Shown here piece after piece: positions 27,135 through 36,332 of a DNA stretch of 64,000 bases (positions within the stretch are counted from its first letter, which is position 1; every line of letters begins with the position of its first letter). Under the pieces are notes generated by a model. The model worked only from the letters and a program-made list of their open reading frames with translations, searched no databases and was not told the origin of the DNA. Position numbers and translations under genes: made by a program. This DNA is from a virus (taxonomy: Duplodnaviria > Caudoviricetes), in the IMG/VR virus record IMGVR_UViG_3300020050_006875, positions 3,580 through 67,579 of that record. One strand, written 5' to 3'.

Positions 27135-30100
27135 TTATTGAACTATTGCCGAATTGTTTTTAACTTCAATAAAATTCAGTTTCGTGAATTTCTGAGGGTC
27201 AAATGCAAAAATAGAATATAATATCCTACTTTCCATAAGTTTTCCACCAAGCACTCCTCCCGGTGTGTTATATGCTCTACGAATTGCTGCCTCCCAATCG
27301 CTCTTTCTTTCTATCCACCATCCATCTGATATGTAAGAAAGTAGTGGCGTGTTGGCTATAGCGTTGTCAGGAAGCCCTGAAGACAAGTTGGTACTAATTG
27401 GCTTTGGGCCATAAACCTTTATCTGATTCCATTGCTTAACAACAGCAGGAGACTGATTGCTAATTATTGTAAGAGCAGGGTTCTTGTAGTCCCCGAAAAA
27501 CTGATTATCGTTAGCCGTTAAACTATTAACATCTGTCACCCAAACTTGTCCATTAAAGAAATGGAACATTTTTGTACTCAAACTTATGCCTCTTTCGGGG
27601 GAAATTGTACCCGAAAAATAATCCCTTTCCCCTTGAAAAGATTTAAACCTTTCGCTAAAAGCATAGTGAGGTTTATTCTTAGACCACACGCTCACCTCAT
27701 CGGTTACTTGGTCATAGATGGACACAACATCTGTTTTGCCGTGAAGATTCTTGCGAAGTAAGTTTCCGAATGAATGTGTTAGCCCTATCCTTTCAAGCCC
27801 AGCATTTGTGTAACGGACAAAATCATTGATAATGTCGCTCCACCAATAGACAGTGGCTAGCGGAGTGCGTGTTATACTTGCTGGCTGACTGCATCCCATC
27901 TGCCCAAGAAGAGGTCTTTGAGATGCGAGATACTTGTCGGTGGTGGTTACATTACTCTCGCCATCAGTATTTGTCAACTGAATGGAATCGTAGTAGAACG
28001 AACTAATTCCATATGTTCCTATAGCAAGCAATACTCCTGGTTCTCTCTGTGTAGCATTCGTAGTCACAAGAGATGTGATAGGACCATTCTCCAATGGGGC
28101 TTGCCTAAAGTCCACAGAATTAAATTTACTCAATCCATTTATTTGTGTACCTTGAATCAAAGGATCAGAGAAAGTGATTCCATTCTGAAGGCGAACTTGT
28201 TGCTGAGTCTCATTGACTATATTGATTTGACCTATATCGGAAACCCAATTTTGAGAGTATATGTCGGATGGGTTCATGGAAATAAACATCCCATTAACCT
28301 CTACAGCAGGGCTTATTAGATTGCGAGTAGCAAATTGCAACGGCACAACAGAACTTCCAGATGAGCCAAAAATTATAGCCACTGATGTTAGCGAAGGAGC
28401 AAAAAACTTTTCAAATGCTGTTGTATAACAATCCCCTTCAACAACCCCTGAGAATGGTTGGCCATTAACAAATTCATCCCGTGTAAAAATTTGACTTCCC
28501 TGATAAAAAATATTCTCTCTACTATTCTTTTTTGAATAGAACTCTACTTGATACCATAAAGGACTGAATGCAGCAACAGGCTCTGAAGTCACATTACCTC
28601 CATTATTTGTTGATGGGGATATATCTGTTCTTGCGGTTTCAAATAAAAATATAGCACCATCCTGACCTGAAAGTTTATATTCCGTAGAACTAACTTGCGC
28701 TCCAGTAGCTAAGGTTTGAGAATACTCATTGGTTAATCTTATATACTGATTCTCTTCAGAAGAGTAAACAAATGGCAAAGGGGATATTCCCTCTACCCCA
28801 TATCCTTTAAGTGTGTAAGCCTTTTTGTCAACATCGGAAATAACCACCTTAGCAGGGAATTGATTTTGAAGGCTTGATACTGCTAGGTATTTACTATTAA
28901 AAACAAATTTATTTATCCCACTACCATCCTGATACCAATAAAATATTCTACACAAGGTCTTGTAGAAGTAATTTACATCTTGAGCCTTGGTTGCCACAAC
29001 CCTAAAAGATGAAGCCCAAGTGGGAAGGTTGCCGGTAATAGTATATTTTACCTCATGCCTGTTAAAAACATAATCATCATAAATCTCTGTTGGTGTAACA
29101 GAATTTTGAGGAACTGTTGTCACTTGTGTTACTGCTGCTTTAGAGCGTGGTATTGTTATTGTTTTATTAGCAACAACTCCTATAGTCCGCCCATATTCAT
29201 CCAACAATTCAATCCCAAAACTATATGTCGATGACGGTCTAAAAGACCTAACATTTACTACAGAATTAAGTGCTTCAGAAACTGGAGGTGGGAATACCGT
29301 GATTGCTTGAGGGACTACACTTAATTCAATATCATTAAATTGAGGATAGTCGGAAAGATAGTTTCCGTGGTTAAGCCTATTCTGAGCAATTTCGTTTGCT
29401 TGAGATTGCAATGGAACTGCATCAAATCTTGCATTGGTGATGTTGGTTGATACGGGAGTCCTCTGTAGATTTTGCAAGTCTGCACTAACAAAACTTATTG
29501 ATGGGACATTCTGAATATCCACTACAACTTGAGCAGCGGTTATTGGAGATCCTGGGTTTACATTGAGCCTTGGGAAGTAGCCCGGAAGCGATGTTGGAGA
29601 TATATAGTTGTTGATATCATTATCCTTTATCGCTGCTATATACTCTATTCCATCATTGTTCTGCCTGTATACAAATACAATTCTCTTTATTAGATTTTTG
29701 CCTTGTATGTAATTCTGAAACTCGTAAGCAGGAACTTGAGTAACAATATCTGTCTTCCAAAATATTGGTTCAGACCAAGGGGCAAGCCTACTTTCCTCAT
29801 CATTGTCATATACATAATAATAAGAAAATTGATAGGCAGAATCATTCCCAAAGCCAGTGTTGTTATACACCTCTGGTTCTGTTGCGTAATCCTTACTAGC
29901 CTCTTTTGGAGTCCAACTTGTGTTAAGAATGTACCACAAACTATCGAACCAACGAATCATTGTGTAAACATCTAAAGCAATTCCCGGCTGCCTCTTTATC
30001 TGCGTGTAATACCATTCCTCAGCAGGAAATGGATAGGTGTCCACTTGTGTGCCATCCCCATCTTCCAACTTCTGTGTGCGAATGCCCTTTGCGACATTCA

Positions 30101-30503
30101 CCATCCTCGGCTGATTCACATTGTCTGTCCAATAAAGCTTGCCATCAATGGCAGCCATAGACACATTCATTGTTGTGTTGAAGTTGAGCCAAGAGCCTCT
30201 TACAATCCTCTCTATAGAATTGTCACTACCCCTCACCAAATAAATGGCGTGGTTGCCGTTGCTGTTATACAAGGCGAAGTAGACAACTTGTGCCTCAAAG
30301 TCATCCATCACACCGACAACAAGATTATCACCAGCAGGAATGGCATATTGTAATTGCTCATTCCCATTGAGGAGAATACCTCCCGAAAGGTTTGTGTTCT
30401 CCACAGATGCGCCAAAGCGAAGGTTGCTTGCAGCCCTCGCCTCGTTTGGCTTTATCACCCTGTCATCAATGTCTGGGTTAACCCTGTCAATCCTGTGTAT
30501 CAT
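27135..30503 (-). CDS. tail stabilization/muzzle protein (P22 gp10-like)
   Basis: 1122 aa; DDRVIKPNEARAASNLR N-terminus, LYWTDNVNQPRMVNV, QNRLNHGNY, FSERFKSFQG; typical of crAss-like muzzle proteins. Confidence 0.8.
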   Translation of the reverse strand: MIHRIDRVNPDIDDRVIKPNEARAASNLRFGASVENTNLSGGILLNGNEQLQYAIPAGDNLVVGVMDDFEAQVVYFALYNSNGNHAIYLVRGSDNSIERIVRGSWLNFNTTMNVSMAAIDGKLYWTDNVNQPRMVNVAKGIRTQKLEDGDGTQVDTYPFPAEEWYYTQIKRQPGIALDVYTMIRWFDSLWYILNTSWTPKEASKDYATEPEVYNNTGFGNDSAYQFSYYYVYDNDEESRLAPWSEPIFWKTDIVTQVPAYEFQNYIQGKNLIKRIVFVYRQNNDGIEYIAAIKDNDINNYISPTSLPGYFPRLNVNPGSPITAAQVVVDIQNVPSISFVSADLQNLQRTPVSTNITNARFDAVPLQSQANEIAQNRLNHGNYLSDYPQFNDIELSVVPQAITVFPPPVSEALNSVVNVRSFRPSSTYSFGIELLDEYGRTIGVVANKTITIPRSKAAVTQVTTVPQNSVTPTEIYDDYVFNRHEVKYTITGNLPTWASSFRVVATKAQDVNYFYKTLCRIFYWYQDGSGINKFVFNSKYLAVSSLQNQFPAKVVISDVDKKAYTLKGYGVEGISPLPFVYSSEENQYIRLTNEYSQTLATGAQVSSTEYKLSGQDGAIFLFETARTDISPSTNNGGNVTSEPVAAFSPLWYQVEFYSKKNSRENIFYQGSQIFTRDEFVNGQPFSGVVEGDCYTTAFEKFFAPSLTSVAIIFGSSGSSVVPLQFATRNLISPAVEVNGMFISMNPSDIYSQNWVSDIGQINIVNETQQQVRLQNGITFSDPLIQGTQINGLSKFNSVDFRQAPLENGPITSLVTTNATQREPGVLLAIGTYGISSFYYDSIQLTNTDGESNVTTTDKYLASQRPLLGQMGCSQPASITRTPLATVYWWSDIINDFVRYTNAGLERIGLTHSFGNLLRKNLHGKTDVVSIYDQVTDEVSVWSKNKPHYAFSERFKSFQGERDYFSGTISPERGISLSTKMFHFFNGQVWVTDVNSLTANDNQFFGDYKNPALTIISNQSPAVVKQWNQIKVYGPKPISTNLSSGLPDNAIANTPLLSYISDGWWIERKSDWEAAIRRAYNTPGGVLGGKLMESRILYSIFAFDPQKFTKLNFIEVKNNSAIVQ

Positions 30504-30507
30504 ATTA

Positions 30508-30515
30508 CAAAGTTA
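30508..30515 (-). promoter_or_regulatory. promoter overlapping the stop codon of the upstream gene
   Basis: TAACTTTG in which TAA is the stop codon of 30513-35837. Confidence 0.5.
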
Positions 30516-33500
30516 CTTCTTATTTGCCTGCTTTACATATCGTCTCCACACAGCAGCTCCAGCCATCTTCTCACTATATTTCTTTTTAAGAACTTCATCT
30601 AACACCTCCAATTTCTTGACAACAGTTTTTTCTTGCTCAAGATATTGACTCTTATAGTTCGCAGCTTCTTCGGGAGTGAAAATTTGATTGAACGGCTTTT
30701 GCACCATCTTCACTTTGCCATTAGGTTGCTTTTGCTGAATCTTGATGTTAGGATTAGTCCCAAGCAATACGCCTTTATAGAAGTCAATACGATCCGCTTC
30801 CTTAATACCGGCAGGAGCAATCTTATCATCAGCAATTTCCGCAAAAATAGCTGTCCTGTCTTTAAATGCGCTTTGTGGAGATAGTTTCTCAAAGTTATCA
30901 AAAGCAGTTTTAGCTTCTTCTACATCGCCATTTTCAATAGCATAAGTCATCCTATCCTTTTCGTGAGCAGCTTCGGATGTGTAAGGCTGAATGTTCTTTT
31001 CGTAGATTCCTTTCTCAAATTGCAGAGCAAGTTCATCGTTGGCAAATCTATTTGCGCTACTCTTTGTTGACTGCATCCATTTGGAAAATTCTTTCACATC
31101 CATATCCTTGAGGTCGTTATAATTCACCATCATAAGGTTTCGGATGTATTCGCCTCTTGTCTTAGAAAACAAATAGAACTGCTCATCAGTCATTGCTTTT
31201 TCATTGCCGTCAATGTCAATGTAAGAAGCCCCGTTTCTTTCAGGCTTACTTGTCACCTGGTTCTTGTCAGCCATAAGCTGCCAAAGTTTTTCATACTTAC
31301 CACCTTCTGAGGATGAATATAGAATGTTCAACTTTGCTGGTGGCATCTCCTCGCCAAGTCCATTAACAGTATTGAAATATTGGTCTCTTGCATACGGAAT
31401 CGTACGAAGCATCTTTCCAAGATATGTTCCTCTGTATTCCTTGTCTGGAATGTCTAACAATCTTTGAATCAATAGGGCATTCTGCTGATAGAAGTTTGTA
31501 CCAACAACAGGAACAAAGGATGTACCCATCTTTGATATCCAATCCGTTAACTCCTGAGTTGGGTCTTTCCCCCTAGTCCCGCCTAAGATTGCGGATAAAA
31601 ATCCTTCTACAGAAGATAGGTATGAAGACTCGGCAATAGTTGATAGCATCACCTGAATTGGCAACACCAACTTATTCATATCCGATTCGTTTATCTTTTT
31701 GTTGTGATACTTTTCATAATCACGAACTGCGCCCACAACAGACAAGATTCCCATTAACGGAGTAAGTTGATAACTCCACCAGGTGTCTCCTATTTTAATG
31801 CTATACGGCTTCCATCCACTAGCTTCAAGTTCCTTATTCTTCTTGTAGTCTCCGTAGCCTTCTGCCGTGATTCTAAACCAGTTCTTCTCCTCGTCCTCGT
31901 CATCACCACCCACTGCGCTTAATATATATGCAGACACGGCAGCAGTAAGCCCCAATGTGGCACTTCTCACCATCCTTGCCTTATCCTCGTCTGTAAACTC
32001 TTTCTGTCTGCCCATTAAAATAGATCCACCTCTTGCGGCTCTGACATATCCTAATGGCGTGTAGTTTATGACATTGTTGGCAACATTGGCAATCGTGTTT
32101 GTGAAAGGAATAGCAAGACTTGCTAGTTTAACATTATGCTTTACACCATTCAAGAACCTTGCTCCTACACCCAAAGTACCTGTTGGAGGATTGGTGAATG
32201 TACCTTTTGCTGCAAAGTCATGAGCATCAGCAACCAAAGATTCAGGGCGATTCTGTTCGATAAGGTCGTAAACACGCCTAAATCTTTCCATGCCCGCAAC
32301 TCTTTTCTTTATTGCTCTCTGCTTTTTTGAAAGAGTGTTATCGGCTTCTATTCTTGCTACCTCCTCATCGTATTCTATTTTAGCCGTTTCCCTTGCAGCT
32401 TGATATTGTGCATCAGTTTGCCCTAATATTTCTATGGCTTTTTGAACGGCATCAACAGATGGATACTTATCTCTTGCTTCTGACAGAGCCTTTTGATAAG
32501 CCCTCATTTCACGCAACCCTCCATATGTTGAAGCATCAGAAGCCAACATAAAACGAGTTACATATTTCAATGATTGGTATGGACTAAGTTTATTAAACTT
32601 GGCTCTCTCCAAAATACCCATCGCTTCGTTGCGAAGTTTCATTGGGGGATATCCTGTAACAAGAGTTGTTCCTCCTTCTAAAGCACCATTGCCTAACCCT
32701 ACAGAAAGTCCTTTCAAAATAAATGGAAGGTCTTTTCTATTTGTTATAGCTACATCAAACAATAAGGTTGACATATTGAACACATTGCCAAATATGTTTT
32801 TAGCTTGTGTAACTGGTCCTGATAGAATAGCAGCCATCCAAATAGCCGTTCCTAAATCAATTGCATCTATCCCTTTAAGGTTTGCTTGATAGTTTAAAAG
32901 GTCAATAATGGCTTTCTGCTTTGGCTTTCCTTCTGCTGCTTGTTGAACCTTCTCTGCAAGTTCCGTTATAGCGGCTGCATTCTCTGCGGTGAGTTCTGGG
33001 AAGCCCATAGCCCTTGCGTATTCCTCCTTAAATGCTTTTTCATCAAGCGCACCAAGATTGGACAGTTCAATTAGTTTTTGTTCGGCAGTCTTGCGTACGG
33101 GAGTTTTCCTTGTAAGTCTTCTTTCAATTGTATTGAGGGCTTGTTGCTTTTTCTCGGTGGCAATCTTAGTGAACACCTCATTAACCTTATCGGCTATGAT
33201 GGCGGCATCCCCTTCATCCAATCCAAGTTTTTCAACTAAGGCTTCTGTTAAAGCCTCCTTAGTGCGCTCGCCTTCTGAATAGTGTTGCTTTATAACTTCA
33301 CGAATCTTAATGCCAGATTCTTTCAGGATGTTCTGAATATCCTTCTCTAAGTCCGTAGCAATATGTTTGGCTACCTCCGTGTCAGTAGAATAACCTGTAC
33401 CTCCCACTTTCGCCTGGGCATTCTTGTAGGCAGCTTTTAAATATGGCCTAACTTTCTTACCGAAGTCCTTAATCATCTCCTTACTGAAATCAGCAAAACT

Positions 33501-35837
33501 TCTTGCTCCTGCTTCAATGTGGTAGGCGGCAATGGTGATGAGTTCTTCAGGAAGTGGCGTAGAGAATAGTTTTATATTCTTGAGAGCCTTTTTAGCGGCT
33601 TCGTAAATAGACTTCGTTACAATCTTATTCTTCTCTCCCCAACTCTTGGATCGTGTAGCTTCAGGAGCAGGAGTGGTGTCAGCTACTACAGATTCAACGG
33701 CAGCAGCAACGGCCTCATCATCAGCCTTCTTTAAAGCTGTTTTGAGTTTGTCCATTTTACCTTTCTCTGCTGCAAACCTTTTATTTTTCTGTCTGTCTAT
33801 TTCTCTTTGTGCTGCTAATAATTGACCGTCAGGAGTAAGGAATTCAAATAATGATAAAGCCTGGATACCTTGTCCCCAATCTGTTGACATTTCAGAAATT
33901 CCTTCGGCTACATCAACGGCATCTTGAAAATTTCTTTCTTTGTTGTATTGCTTAATAAGCACTTGAGCAAGTGTAGTTCTGAATGCAGATGGCATTTGTC
34001 TGCTAGATGTTAGCACCATCTCTTTTGCCTTTTCCGTTCCAACAGCATTCAGAATAGCATTGGCTTCTTGTGTGCTTACCCAGTTGGGCAAAACCTCATA
34101 CATAGTCCGCTCCCCACCAAGAGCCTCCTTTACAGAATCAGAAATATCTGTAGCTTCTTTAATAGAGGTGATGAACTTACGCTCTTTAGTTTCTCCACCT
34201 TCAGTAGAGGCTTGTTTTTTTTCTGTTGGAGGAGGCGTTACAGGAGGCTTTTCTGTTGGAGGCGTTCCTATTTCTCTGCCCGCTTTTTCAGCATCTCTTT
34301 TGAATTGCTCCGTAGCAGAGTCAATATAGTTTTGCCATTCCTTTATATCTTCTCCCTCTTTCTTCAAATAGTCAATCCCTGCCTGAATAGCTTCGTAAAC
34401 AGTCTTTCCTGCTTGGTATGCTTTCAAGATGGTAGTGACAGTAGCATTCCATAGCCCAGCATTCATTGCCAAGCCTCCCTCTTTCCAATAGAGGTCTTTA
34501 AGAAACTTCTCTACACGATCCTCTGCTTTAACAGGCTTGATGAGAGGTTCAATAAGTGCCTTTGTGAACGCACCATCCATTCCGTTACCTAACACTTCCT
34601 TTGCAACTTTAGCATCGGCAGGGACAGGATAGGAAAGAGGCAAGTCCATAAGACGCTTCATCATTTCAGGTGTCACCCTTTTTATTCTGCCATCAGGCAT
34701 AATGATGCGAGGAACTTGAGCCGAGGAACTTAAAAGTGTTGGAGATGGATTGCCAGCATTTGTAGCAGCCGCTTCTCCTTTGTAAGCAGAAGCACCCATT
34801 GTAATAATAGGTTTTGAGGCATCTAGTCTGCCATCTGCTATCATTTCATCAATCCTTTCTTGCTCCCAGTTCTTCTCCTTTGTCCTTGTGGTGAATGGGG
34901 CATCAGGCGCATCATCAATCAAATCCTCTACGGCCTTATACCAATCACCCTGCTTCTTCTTACTTGGAACAGCAGGAAGTTTACCATCTTTTACGGCACG
35001 AACAAATAGCCTATTTCTATTTTGAGAGCCTCCAAAGTCTGCGGCATTGTATACCCCAACATCGTAAGTGTATCCCGCATCTTCAAGAGCCTTAATAATT
35101 GCATTGAATGGGACGGTGTCTTTATAGCCTGGAACATTCTCAATTGTAACCACAGGAGGCTGTGCTTGACGAATCACCTTTGCTACGGATTCGGCAGAAT
35201 CCATATCGGATTTCTCCACCGTATTGATGTTCTTCGCTTTTGAGAAGTTCTTACAAACAGGAGAGGCGTGAAAGATATCGGGGTTGGCAGCCTTCACTTC
35301 TTGAGGGTCTATCTTTGTTACATCCCTTGCCTCATACTTTGTTCCAAAGGCATCGTTGTAAGCCTTCATATATGTAGGGCTATACTCCACAGCCATCACA
35401 GATTCGGATTTTGGAAGAGCGGCTTCCATTGTCCCGGCTCCCGAAAAGAATGTTGCCACTCTTGGCTTCTCTGCTTTGCGTATATCATCAAGGGCATCCT
35501 GATATTTGGATACATCCTCCCCTTTGCTTTTTAAATAGGCAATGCCTTCGTTTATGGCTTCGGCAAGAGCCTTCCCTGCGCTATAGGCTGCTTTAATGGT
35601 GTCAATGGCGGTATTCCATAAAGCCGCATTCATACCAGCAACCCCTTTTATCTTTCCTTTGTCAAGAGCCGCAAGAACTGGGTCTGCTTTCTTGCCCTCC
35701 GTTTTTTGCTCTCCCTTGCCAAGCCACAAGTCGGGGTTCTCCATCAGATACTGACGCACCTGATTGTAAGACATTGTTTCGCCGGTTTCCTTAAAAGTGA
35801 ATATCCGGGACTGAGGAACGCAAGGAAGTTTAGCCAT
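30513..35837 (-). CDS. large polyvalent ejection protein with an internal C5 DNA methyltransferase domain
   Basis: 1774 aa; MTase motifs FFSGAG, ASPVCKNFS, IENVPG, QNRNRLF, LGNGM at about 34540-35465; helical C-terminal body; located among ejection-protein genes. Confidence 0.85.
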   Translation of the reverse strand: MAKLPCVPQSRIFTFKETGETMSYNQVRQYLMENPDLWLGKGEQKTEGKKADPVLAALDKGKIKGVAGMNAALWNTAIDTIKAAYSAGKALAEAINEGIAYLKSKGEDVSKYQDALDDIRKAEKPRVATFFSGAGTMEAALPKSESVMAVEYSPTYMKAYNDAFGTKYEARDVTKIDPQEVKAANPDIFHASPVCKNFSKAKNINTVEKSDMDSAESVAKVIRQAQPPVVTIENVPGYKDTVPFNAIIKALEDAGYTYDVGVYNAADFGGSQNRNRLFVRAVKDGKLPAVPSKKKQGDWYKAVEDLIDDAPDAPFTTRTKEKNWEQERIDEMIADGRLDASKPIITMGASAYKGEAAATNAGNPSPTLLSSSAQVPRIIMPDGRIKRVTPEMMKRLMDLPLSYPVPADAKVAKEVLGNGMDGAFTKALIEPLIKPVKAEDRVEKFLKDLYWKEGGLAMNAGLWNATVTTILKAYQAGKTVYEAIQAGIDYLKKEGEDIKEWQNYIDSATEQFKRDAEKAGREIGTPPTEKPPVTPPPTEKKQASTEGGETKERKFITSIKEATDISDSVKEALGGERTMYEVLPNWVSTQEANAILNAVGTEKAKEMVLTSSRQMPSAFRTTLAQVLIKQYNKERNFQDAVDVAEGISEMSTDWGQGIQALSLFEFLTPDGQLLAAQREIDRQKNKRFAAEKGKMDKLKTALKKADDEAVAAAVESVVADTTPAPEATRSKSWGEKNKIVTKSIYEAAKKALKNIKLFSTPLPEELITIAAYHIEAGARSFADFSKEMIKDFGKKVRPYLKAAYKNAQAKVGGTGYSTDTEVAKHIATDLEKDIQNILKESGIKIREVIKQHYSEGERTKEALTEALVEKLGLDEGDAAIIADKVNEVFTKIATEKKQQALNTIERRLTRKTPVRKTAEQKLIELSNLGALDEKAFKEEYARAMGFPELTAENAAAITELAEKVQQAAEGKPKQKAIIDLLNYQANLKGIDAIDLGTAIWMAAILSGPVTQAKNIFGNVFNMSTLLFDVAITNRKDLPFILKGLSVGLGNGALEGGTTLVTGYPPMKLRNEAMGILERAKFNKLSPYQSLKYVTRFMLASDASTYGGLREMRAYQKALSEARDKYPSVDAVQKAIEILGQTDAQYQAARETAKIEYDEEVARIEADNTLSKKQRAIKKRVAGMERFRRVYDLIEQNRPESLVADAHDFAAKGTFTNPPTGTLGVGARFLNGVKHNVKLASLAIPFTNTIANVANNVINYTPLGYVRAARGGSILMGRQKEFTDEDKARMVRSATLGLTAAVSAYILSAVGGDDEDEEKNWFRITAEGYGDYKKNKELEASGWKPYSIKIGDTWWSYQLTPLMGILSVVGAVRDYEKYHNKKINESDMNKLVLPIQVMLSTIAESSYLSSVEGFLSAILGGTRGKDPTQELTDWISKMGTSFVPVVGTNFYQQNALLIQRLLDIPDKEYRGTYLGKMLRTIPYARDQYFNTVNGLGEEMPPAKLNILYSSSEGGKYEKLWQLMADKNQVTSKPERNGASYIDIDGNEKAMTDEQFYLFSKTRGEYIRNLMMVNYNDLKDMDVKEFSKWMQSTKSSANRFANDELALQFEKGIYEKNIQPYTSEAAHEKDRMTYAIENGDVEEAKTAFDNFEKLSPQSAFKDRTAIFAEIADDKIAPAGIKEADRIDFYKGVLLGTNPNIKIQQKQPNGKVKMVQKPFNQIFTPEEAANYKSQYLEQEKTVVKKLEVLDEVLKKKYSEKMAGAAVWRRYVKQANKK

Positions 35838-35839
35838 TT

Positions 35840-36331
35840 CTATTTATTACCTAATTCTTGATCAAAGATAAGAAGTCCTCCAGGACATTCACTAACAAGA
35901 GAAAGCCTCGCAATAAGGTCTCCGTATTCACCCACAGATTTAGTTTGTATCTTCACAAACTTTTGAATCCTCACTTGCACTGTAGCATCCTTTGTTGAGA
36001 AATAGAAGTCGTTATAGAAATCGCCTAAGTCCTTCTCAAGGTCATAAGCAGCATCAAGGATGCCCATCAAATCAATGCCCTCATTGAAGTCCACCTCGTC
36101 CACTTGAGGCATATCAGCTTCGTCTCCTCTGTCGTTAAAGAAATCACGCAGCTTGTAATAGTGTGTGAGTTCATCAGCAGATTCTTTCTCGAAATATTTC
36201 TGCGCCCCGAATAGTCCTTGCTTCTGACAGCAGGAGGCGGCATACTTGTAAAAGTTGGAAGCGTAGAGTTCGTGTCCTACGGCTTCGTTCAGCAGCTTCT
36301 TGTCGCTGGCTTTTAATAGTGATTCTTTCAT
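35840..36331 (-). CDS. ftn: ferritin (non-haem, FtnA-like)
   Basis: 163 aa; HELYAS, Y, ESADELTH, AYDLEKD, QTKSVGE match the ferroxidase centre pattern. Confidence 0.9.
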   Translation of the reverse strand: MKESLLKASDKKLLNEAVGHELYASNFYKYAASCCQKQGLFGAQKYFEKESADELTHYYKLRDFFNDRGDEADMPQVDEVDFNEGIDLMGILDAAYDLEKDLGDFYNDFYFSTKDATVQVRIQKFVKIQTKSVGEYGDLIARLSLVSECPGGLLIFDQELGNK

Positions 36332-36332
36332 G

